Shown here: positions 19,892 through 27,139 of the stretch, in pieces
Position numbering within the stretch: position 1 is the stretch's first letter
Layout: each line of letters begins with the position of its first letter
DNA from: Hadesarchaea archaeon
GTDB lineage: Archaea; Hadarchaeota; Hadarchaeia; Hadarchaeales; Hadarchaeaceae
DNA: 46,939 nucleotides
NCBI GenBank assembly: GCA_030672285.1
Contig: DAOVGS010000046.1
Span: forward strand, 1-46,939
Reading direction: 5' to 3'
Position numbers and translations under genes: made by a program
The notes under the pieces: model-generated
Told to the model about the DNA's origin: nothing
The model's input: only the letters and a program-made list of their open reading frames with translations
Databases searched by the model: none

Positions 19892-20869
19892 TTATTTCTC
19901 CCCGAGTTTGGCCTTCAGTCGCTCGAACTCGGCCTCCATCCGCTTCATCTTCAGCTCCCGGCCCACCACCACTTCGTGGAACTCCTCGAGCTCCTTGACC
20001 CTTGCCGCGAGCTGCTCCTCCGCCCGCTTGCGCTCGGTGATGTCCCGTGCTATGCCGAATCTGCCAAGGAATTTGCCGTCCGTGTATATCGAGGATATGT
20101 TGAGCTCAACGATTCCGATGGTGCCATCCTTCTTTGCTACCTCCACTTCGTAGCTATCGCGGGTACTGGCGCCCTCCTTTGCCCGTTCGAAATAATGTAC
20201 TGCTATCTCCCGACCTTTTGGCGTTAGAACCTCGGTGAAGTGTTTTCCAATAACATCCTTGTGCACGTAACCGAACATTTCTGAACTCCTATGGTTGGCG
20301 GTAGTGAAATATCCATCCTTATCCAAGGAGAATAGCAGATCGTCCACGTTCTCCCAGAGGTTGCGGTACGCCCTCTCCGATCTTTCCAGATCCAGCATCT
20401 TCTTCTCCAGCTTATTAACCAAGCGCTCGCTGTAGAGCTTGAATACCTCTTTCTCCTCTTCCAAAGCCGGCTTCTCCCGCCTTATCTTGCCCTCCTCTAT
20501 ATCTCTAATCACACCTTGTATGATCTTTATGAACTCATCCGGCTCAGCGGGCTTCCGAATGTACTTGGCCACTCCCAGTTTTAAGGCGAGCTCCTCATCT
20601 TTTTCATCTGTATATGTGGCCGTGTAAAAAACAAAGGTGATATCCTTCAGCTTGTCGTCCCCCTTGCACTCCCTGCAAAGCTGAAACCCATCCATTACCG
20701 GCATTAGAATATCTGAGATGATCATGCCAAAGCGTTCGGGTTCGGCGCGGAGCTTTTCAAGGGCTTTCGCTCCATTTCCAGCCGATACGACCTCGTAACC
20801 GCTCCCCTTTAGCAATGTCTCCAATAGGTAGAGGTTCTCTTTCTTGTCGTCCACGATAAGGATATTCAT
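19892..20869 (-). CDS. Response regulator (REC + PAS) with no recognisable output domain
   Basis: ILIVDD..ISDILMPVMDG..YIRKP, PAS ending in RDITERK, C-terminal VVGRELKM helix. Confidence 0.92.
   Translation of the reverse strand: MNILIVDDKKENLYLLETLLKGSGYEVVSAGNGAKALEKLRAEPERFGMIISDILMPVMDGFQLCRECKGDDKLKDITFVFYTATYTDEKDEELALKLGVAKYIRKPAEPDEFIKIIQGVIRDIEEGKIRREKPALEEEKEVFKLYSERLVNKLEKKMLDLERSERAYRNLWENVDDLLFSLDKDGYFTTANHRSSEMFGYVHKDVIGKHFTEVLTPKGREIAVHYFERAKEGASTRDSYEVEVAKKDGTIGIVELNISSIYTDGKFLGRFGIARDITERKRAEEQLAARVKELEEFHEVVVGRELKMKRMEAEFERLKAKLGEK
19895..19940. repeat. 46-bp direct repeat, in-gene copy
   Basis: Matches 18791..18836 with 3 mismatches. Confidence 0.9.
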
Positions 20870-20902
20870 TTTCCTCCCCTCTGATTAATGAACCTCGTGT
20901 GT

Positions 20903-21262
20903 TCATAAATATTTTTTTATCTCCGCGATGAAGGTCTCGGGATTGATGGGTTTTTCGATGTAGCCGGTGCAGCCAGCTGCTAGGGCCTTTTCTCTATCTC
21001 CGACCATTGCATAGGAAGTCAGAGCTATTATGGGAATCTTGCCATTTGCTTCGGAGTCTCTTATACGCCTTGTAGCCTCCAAGCCGTCGATGTCTGGAAG
21101 TTGAATATCCATGAGTACTAAGTCCGGCTTCTCTTTTGTTGCAAGGTCAATGCCCTCCTTCCCTGTCCTCGCCTCAATAACCCCAAACCCGTTTTTCTTG
21201 AGCATAAAGGAAATCAGGTACATGTTGGTTTCGTTGTCCTCAACTACCAGTATCTTTTTCAT
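20903..21262 (-). CDS. Single-domain response regulator (DivK/CheY-like)
   Basis: ILVVEDN, LMDIQLP.IDG, ALTSYAM.GD, YIEKPI; overlaps the kinase stop. Confidence 0.95.
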   Translation of the reverse strand: MKKILVVEDNETNMYLISFMLKKNGFGVIEARTGKEGIDLATKEKPDLVLMDIQLPDIDGLEATRRIRDSEANGKIPIIALTSYAMVGDREKALAAGCTGYIEKPINPETFIAEIKKYL

Positions 21263-23532
21263 GTTTTTGCCTCCTCATGTTTTAATGGCAATGTGAATGT
21301 AAACACACTGCCCTTCCCAAACTCACTCTCGGCCTTGATCTCGCCGCCGAGAATGTCAACTATCTTTTTGGAGAGGTAGAGCCCGAGCCCCGTGCCTTCC
21401 TGCTTTGGTCTGCCCTCGGTAGGGGGCTGGCTGAATGGCTTAAACAACATGCCCATGTGCTCTTTTTTTATCCCGATGCCGGTATCCCTGACCGATACCT
21501 CCACTTTCCCATCTTCTTTCGCCACCTTCATCTCTACCTTTCCTTTATCTGTAAATTTCAGGGCGTTGCTCACGAAATTCATGAGAATCTGTTTCGTCCT
21601 TCGCTTGTCGCTCTTGATTACCAACTCCTTAGGCGTCGCGAGGGAGAGCTCGAGGTCTTTTTCCTCCGCGGCAACCTTAAATGAGTCTTTTATCTCCTGT
21701 GCAATATTTGACAGGTTGAACTCCTCTATGTCAAGTTCTATCTTGCCTGCCTCTATCTTGCTCATGTCGATTATGTCGTTTATGAGGGACAAGAGGTGAT
21801 CGGCGCTGTTTTTTACCATCGTGAGCTGCTTCTTCTGCTCTTCTGTGATCTCCCCAGCTACACCTTGTAACATTATGCCCGTGAATCCGATAATGGAGTT
21901 CAGCGGCGTCCTCAGCTCGTGGCTCATGCTTGCGATGAACATGCTCTTGAGGCGGTCGAGTTCCTGGAGGCGGATATTTGCCTCACCTAGTTCCTTATTT
22001 ATGGATTGTAGTTCTTTTGTCTTTTCTGTAACCTCTTCCTCCAACTTTTTGCTATACCGTTCGAGTCGTTTTAGTTGCAAGTAAACACCAGAAATTGCCA
22101 AGGTTACTGTACCCACGATTGAACCTATGAGCAAATAGTACGGCCAGACCGGTGGCGAGGCCTTATTTGCTATGGCCAGCTCAGCGGCGCTCGTAGCTTC
22201 TTTTGCTAACCCGCACGCTTCGTCGTGGTCAAAGGATGATTCATACATGACCTGCGCTTCGGCGAGCAGCATTTCTGCTCTTGCAAGGAAGTATTGTCCT
22301 TTCTCTGTTAACGACACCGCCTTGGCTTCTGTTACGGTGTCCTGAGCAGCAGCCATTGCGTTTTCTGCTACATGCATGGGGTTCACCACCCATTCATCAA
22401 GATAAGCGTCAAGTGCCTCTGGATCATCATATTTTCCCTGGATGACGCTATGATGTCCAATCAGCCGCAAACAAATCTCAGTTACTGCATCGTACCGGGC
22501 TGCCGCGATTTCCTCATCGTAGTTCTCTTCAACTTTTGCGACGACGCCCAACTCTTCTACGCTTAGCATTCTTTCTGGTAACTCGATGTCAGACCTCAGC
22601 ACAGCCTCATAACGACTCTCAACCCATGCACGCTGCCCCTCTTCGCTCAGCGTCCAATCCACCCAAAGCTTTGCATTCCCCTCATGTCTTGCTCCACTCA
22701 ATACAGCGGTGTACAGGACATAGATGTTGGTGCCTTCAACGGGCCATACCCACTCAACGGGATATCCCCTTTCAGCGTACTCGTACCAGTATGCGTGTTT
22801 TGTCAGGACAGCGGCGTGTTCTCCTTCAGCGGTTGACGTATTTGCTTTTCCCGTTGTGGTAGTGAACTCATCAACCAAAGAGGCTAAGTGGATGCTCGCA
22901 TTCCACCCTTGAACCCATCCGAAGTGTGCAAGCATTACCTCTATGTGTCCGTGAGCAATTCTACTTAAGATCGGGGAACCCATGACTATGCGGCCGCTAT
23001 AATCCGTGTTAAAAGTTAGGTCCGAGTACCCTTGTGGCACCGGTAACCCTTCACTTTGAAGAACTTCCGTATTCACCATTATTCCATAAGCCGAAATACT
23101 AAATCCCGTGTAATAACCCTCGGGATTTTTTCCCACCAGAGTTCCGAGAACCGTTTCAGGGATAAACATTGCATTTGGGCTACTGTAAGGCTCAAGGTAA
23201 CCCCCTATCCTAAGACGGTCAATCTCCTCATACGCTATACTTGCAACGACATCCTCATATGGGTGTTTTTCTTGTGTCTCGACATGGCCCATGACCTCAA
23301 CCCCGCCCATGCGCACGTGCTCAACCTCGATTGTTTTACCTGTCTGCTCAAAATACCAATTCTCAAACTTCTCTATGTATGGATCCAAGTATTTTGAAGG
23401 GGTTGGCATCAGGAGTACAAGTTGCTCTTGTTGGGCTTGAACTGGCCGGATAAAGAGTAGGATGGCTAGGGATAACAAGACAAGTAATACAGTTCCTTTT
23501 CTCAACCCATTTCCAATCATATCTTTGTCCAT
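21259..23532 (-). CDS. Membrane sensor histidine kinase whose extracellular domain is an ABC-type solute-binding protein
   Basis: Signal peptide; SBP fold resembling the Fe3+/AfuA class (LEPYSSPN, GIMVNTE, GYPVEWVWP.EG, AKLWVDW.LS.EGQ); TM helix; SHELRTPL, NALKF, GTGLGL. Start ATG 23532 preferred. Confidence 0.9.
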   Translation of the reverse strand: MDKDMIGNGLRKGTVLLVLLSLAILLFIRPVQAQQEQLVLLMPTPSKYLDPYIEKFENWYFEQTGKTIEVEHVRMGGVEVMGHVETQEKHPYEDVVASIAYEEIDRLRIGGYLEPYSSPNAMFIPETVLGTLVGKNPEGYYTGFSISAYGIMVNTEVLQSEGLPVPQGYSDLTFNTDYSGRIVMGSPILSRIAHGHIEVMLAHFGWVQGWNASIHLASLVDEFTTTTGKANTSTAEGEHAAVLTKHAYWYEYAERGYPVEWVWPVEGTNIYVLYTAVLSGARHEGNAKLWVDWTLSEEGQRAWVESRYEAVLRSDIELPERMLSVEELGVVAKVEENYDEEIAAARYDAVTEICLRLIGHHSVIQGKYDDPEALDAYLDEWVVNPMHVAENAMAAAQDTVTEAKAVSLTEKGQYFLARAEMLLAEAQVMYESSFDHDEACGLAKEATSAAELAIANKASPPVWPYYLLIGSIVGTVTLAISGVYLQLKRLERYSKKLEEEVTEKTKELQSINKELGEANIRLQELDRLKSMFIASMSHELRTPLNSIIGFTGIMLQGVAGEITEEQKKQLTMVKNSADHLLSLINDIIDMSKIEAGKIELDIEEFNLSNIAQEIKDSFKVAAEEKDLELSLATPKELVIKSDKRRTKQILMNFVSNALKFTDKGKVEMKVAKEDGKVEVSVRDTGIGIKKEHMGMLFKPFSQPPTEGRPKQEGTGLGLYLSKKIVDILGGEIKAESEFGKGSVFTFTLPLKHEEAKT

Positions 23533-23566
23533 TCTAACAACCTCAATACTGAAACGGCGTGCATAT

Positions 23567-24793
23567 CTACCCTGACTCCCAAATGGCTTGGTAGTTGTCC
23601 AGCGTGGCACCAACGTTTTCGCCTTCCCACACTATCTCCCAAAAGGCATCCTGCCACAGCTCCGTTAGCTCGGAATAATTTGCTATCGCCGGTCTGGCAA
23701 GCGCGGACCTAAGGGTTTGTCTGTAGGGCATCAGAAGCGTATATTTTCCTGGATCAACTTCTTGCAAGTGGTCCCAAGCGTCGTCTCTGACTGGCAGCCA
23801 CCCTATATGTTGCAGTTGCAGCCCTTGACCCCTTTTGGAAGCGAGGAACTTCACGAATTCCCAAGCTAGGTTTTTATGGGGTGCAACTTTAGATATGGCA
23901 AGGAAACCCCCACCTACCGTGGTACCCCTACCTATTGGACCCACAGGCGTCGGAAATGCATTTATTTTTCCTGTTAGACCCTCTTCTTCAAGTATGGTGG
24001 CTTGGTAGGGCCAGTTGAAGTTTACATATATCTCCTCACCAGAAATAGAATTCGGTATAGTTCCCTCATCCCATGTCTTACTATCAGGGTGTAGGTAATC
24101 GCCCAAGTCCTGTAAGAATTCGAATGCATTCACGTTGGGTTCTGAATTAAACTTTAGGTAGTCCCCCCCATAAGCCTTAATGAATATGGCCACTTCGCAC
24201 GTTAGGCCCTCGTATTTTTTAGCCTTCATCCCCACCCGTCCGATACCCTCACTCTCGTAGAGGGTTCTTGCCACTGTGAGTAAATTCTCCATGGTTTCTG
24301 GGGGCTCAAGCCCGTGTTCTGCCAGCTTTTCCGTGTTTACGTACATGGTCAAAGCATCTGCTCTCCAAGGAATGAAGTATATCTGCTCTTCAAACACACC
24401 CAACCGTTTCTTATCCGCGTAAAGGTCGTCCCACTCTCCCCATGCTTCAACTTCATCGGTTAGATCGTAAACATAGTCCCTAGTTGTTGTCACCGCAAAA
24501 TCATCTATGGTAACAACATCGGCAATGCCTCTGCCAGCCTCGACCTCGGCTTTGAGGTTTTCGGACAGTTCTCCCCAGGCTCCCCCATACAATTTAACTT
24601 CAACCCTGATCCCTGTCTCTCTTGTGAACTCATCAACCAGGGGCTTGTAAAGCTCCCACTCATCATCCAGCATGGCAGCATACCAAGTGATCTTCTCAGG
24701 GGCAACGGCTGTTGTCATGTACCAATACCCCACACCTACGATGGCGAATCCAATAACAACTATTACAATCGCTTGCACTCTTGTTATTTTCAA
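23567..24793 (-). CDS. Extracellular solute-binding protein, sugar (trehalose/maltose-like) family
   Basis: N-terminal anchor, EFTRETGIRV, P.T.E.L..A, YEGLTC, NWPY, GGGFLAI, AWEFVKFL, ARP. Confidence 0.88.
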   Translation of the reverse strand: MKITRVQAIVIVVIGFAIVGVGYWYMTTAVAPEKITWYAAMLDDEWELYKPLVDEFTRETGIRVEVKLYGGAWGELSENLKAEVEAGRGIADVVTIDDFAVTTTRDYVYDLTDEVEAWGEWDDLYADKKRLGVFEEQIYFIPWRADALTMYVNTEKLAEHGLEPPETMENLLTVARTLYESEGIGRVGMKAKKYEGLTCEVAIFIKAYGGDYLKFNSEPNVNAFEFLQDLGDYLHPDSKTWDEGTIPNSISGEEIYVNFNWPYQATILEEEGLTGKINAFPTPVGPIGRGTTVGGGFLAISKVAPHKNLAWEFVKFLASKRGQGLQLQHIGWLPVRDDAWDHLQEVDPGKYTLLMPYRQTLRSALARPAIANYSELTELWQDAFWEIVWEGENVGATLDNYQAIWESG

Positions 24794-24831
24794 ACCTTTA
24801 TCCTCCCTATTTCTACTTCAAACCACCTCTT

Positions 24832-24963
24832 TCACGATATCATCGAGCCCAAATCCTCACGGAAGACTTCCATCTTTTCGGCTTCTATCTTAGATATGTC
24901 CAGAAGGTCGTTAATCAGGCTCAGAAAGTGTTCTCCTCTATCTCGCTCCAAGCGCCGCCCCAT
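24832..24963 (-). pseudogene. Histidine kinase DHp helix-2 fragment (43-codon mini-ORF)
   Basis: MGRRLERDRGEHFLSLINDLLDISKIEAEKMEVFREDLGSMIS*; compare HLLSLINDIIDMSKIEAGKIEL in the 21259 kinase. Confidence 0.75.
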
Positions 24964-25026
24964 TAACTTATTGGCGCTCATCTATTAAAATTATTGTATG
25001 GGTAATCCCAACTTGGGAAGCTAAGT

Positions 25027-25398
25027 TTACCCACCAACCATCTTCTTCACCCTTCGAACTAAGTCCTCGTTATCGAAGGGCTTCTGGATGTAATCCAAAA
25101 TCTCCAGCTTGCGCAGATCCTCCCGCCCCACCTCACCGAACGATGCGACGGTGAGGAATGCCAGCTTGAGGTCCTTGAGCTTTGGGTCCGCACGGATCTC
25201 AGCGGTAAGCCCCCTGCCGGTCATCTCCGGCATGAAGAAGTCTATCAGGACCAAATCGACCCGCTCCTTCCTCAATTTCTCTAGGGCTTCGGCCCCGCTC
25301 AGAGCAGTCACGACCTCAAAACCCTTGCCCTCCAGGAGAAGCTTAACCGTTTCACACAGGTCCACCTCATCGTCGACAACCATCACCTTTTTTGCCAC
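25027..25398 (-). CDS. Single-domain response regulator
   Basis: VMVVDDE, LIDFFMPEMTG, FLT, YIQKPF. Confidence 0.94.
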   Translation of the reverse strand: MAKKVMVVDDEVDLCETVKLLLEGKGFEVVTALSGAEALEKLRKERVDLVLIDFFMPEMTGRGLTAEIRADPKLKDLKLAFLTVASFGEVGREDLRKLEILDYIQKPFDNEDLVRRVKKMVGG

Positions 25399-25490
25399 TT
25401 CGTTCCCCCTTTTCCAAATGAACTTGTCGTCTTATTAAATAATATGTGTAAATACATACATATGTCCTGTACATAATAAATGGGTGAGAT

Positions 25491-26078
25491 TTGATGCTCA
25501 AACAACAGCTCGATAAACGCCAAATCGTTGCCTTGGTCATTACGGCTGAGCGGTATCGGGATGAATTAGAAAGGCTCATCAAATTCTCCGACAAACACGG
25601 TAAAAAAATATGCTACGTCTCCCTCAACGTGCCCCACCAAACGCTGACCGAGATTTTCAAGCGGTGCAAGGTTGACCCAAAGAAGTTCTTCATCGTGGAT
25701 GCCGTAACCTCGACCGTGATGACCCCCAAACCCACGAGGGGCGTTAGCTTCGTCTCGAGCCCCCGCGCCATGACGGAGTTGGGGATTCAGATAAGCGAAA
25801 CCTACAAGAAGCATAAGTTCGACCTGATGCTCTTTGACTCCCTCTCGACGCTGCTAGCCCACGGGGATGGGCAGGATGTCCAGCAGTTCATCCACACGCT
25901 CACCGTGCGCATCCGTACTTTCAACGCCCGCGCAATCTTTCCAGTCCTGCGCAAAGACATGGACTCGAAGATAATGAAGGACCTGAACATGTTCATGGAT
26001 GCTGTGATCGATGCCACGGTCGAGCGCATGATGCAGCAAGAGAAACTCAAAGAACTGAAAGCGATTATAGGCAGATGA
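25491..26078 (+). CDS. Degenerate KaiC/RecA-fold protein without Walker A
   Basis: ICYVSLN.P, FFIVDAVT, Walker B-like FDSLSTLL, MFMDAVI; no GxxGxGKT; upstream of an intact KaiC-like gene. Confidence 0.7.
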   Translation: MMLKQQLDKRQIVALVITAERYRDELERLIKFSDKHGKKICYVSLNVPHQTLTEIFKRCKVDPKKFFIVDAVTSTVMTPKPTRGVSFVSSPRAMTELGIQISETYKKHKFDLMLFDSLSTLLAHGDGQDVQQFIHTLTVRIRTFNARAIFPVLRKDMDSKIMKDLNMFMDAVIDATVERMMQQEKLKELKAIIGR

Positions 26079-26214
26079 TTTCAAACTCGAATGTTTTGTC
26101 GTAGAAGTTCGAGAAAGATGTGATCAGCTCCGGGCCTAACTCCTTTTCAATCGAAACGATTTATTCGGCAGTGGTACTTATAAAATATGCCCGTATAAAT
26201 CATATAGTGGTGGT

Positions 26215-27123
26215 GTGTTGAAATCTTTCAGACGTGAAGCCAAATCGCTTTCGAGAAGCGGGCGGCACTCGAGGAGACGGGGAAAGGAGTCCAGGATTGC
26301 TACCCTCAAGGAGCGTGCCGAGGCCCTGCCGAAACCCGAGTGGATAAAGATTGGGGTCCCTGGATTTGACGAGTTGCTCGAGAAGGGAATCCCCAAGGGC
26401 ACGAACATCCTCATCGCCGGAGGTCCAGGAACCGGGAAGACCATCTTCTGCCTCCAGACTCTCTACAACGCGGCCCGCGAGGGGCACGACTGCCTCTACG
26501 TCACCTTCGAGGAGGCACCCTGGAGACTGCGGCGGCACATGGAGGAATTCGGCTGGGATGTCAAAAAAGTGGAGAGAAGGGGTACCCTGTGGGAGCTCGT
26601 GGTTGGGAAAGCTGGAAAAAGCGGTTCGCTGATCATCCGAAAGCTCGACCCACTTCAAATAGCTCGCTCGGTCGAGGGGCTGCTGGCGAAAGCCGCCGGG
26701 CGGCTTTCCATAGAAATAAAGGGGATACCCGAGCTCGTTCCAGCCGCTCTGACCCCATACATGATAGTTCTCGACTCGCTTTCCGCCCTGGAGTCAGCCT
26801 TCACCGGGAAACCAGGGGGCTACCGCATCTACATCGATCAGCTCTTCAGGCTTTTCCAGGAGGTCGGGGCAACCACCTTCGTGATAACTGAAACCGAAGA
26901 GGCCCCCGAGCGATACTCGCGCACGGGTGTCGAGGAGTTCCTCGCGGACGGGGTCTTCGTGCTCTATAACACCAAGATACGCGGCCTGCGGGTTCAAGCG
27001 ATCGAGATCCTGAAGCTGCGGGGGGCCAAGCACGAGCGAAAAATCGTCCCCATCCAGATAACCTCCAAGGGAATGACCGTGTTTCCGAGCGAGACCATTT
27101 ACGGGGCAGAAGAGTTGAGATAA
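26215..27123 (+). CDS. Single-domain KaiC/RAD55-like ATPase
   Basis: GVPGFDELL, GGPGTGKT, YVTFEE, VLDSLSAL, EEFLADGV, EILKLRG..H. Confidence 0.93.
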   Translation: MLKSFRREAKSLSRSGRHSRRRGKESRIATLKERAEALPKPEWIKIGVPGFDELLEKGIPKGTNILIAGGPGTGKTIFCLQTLYNAAREGHDCLYVTFEEAPWRLRRHMEEFGWDVKKVERRGTLWELVVGKAGKSGSLIIRKLDPLQIARSVEGLLAKAAGRLSIEIKGIPELVPAALTPYMIVLDSLSALESAFTGKPGGYRIYIDQLFRLFQEVGATTFVITETEEAPERYSRTGVEEFLADGVFVLYNTKIRGLRVQAIEILKLRGAKHERKIVPIQITSKGMTVFPSETIYGAEELR

Positions 27124-27139
27124 AAGTTTCGCTGGATGC

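Larger units (their letters stand above)
17764..20041. repeat. Dispersed identical 18-mer CCGCTTGCGCTCGGTGAT, four copies (encodes ITERKR on the minus strand)
   Basis: Copies at 17764, 17881, 18256 and 20024; pairwise identity extends to 27 and 30 nt. Confidence 0.9.

Noticed and set aside
25491..27123. Circadian clock
   Set aside because: Single-domain KaiC-like proteins without kaiA or kaiB are common in archaea and do not imply a clock
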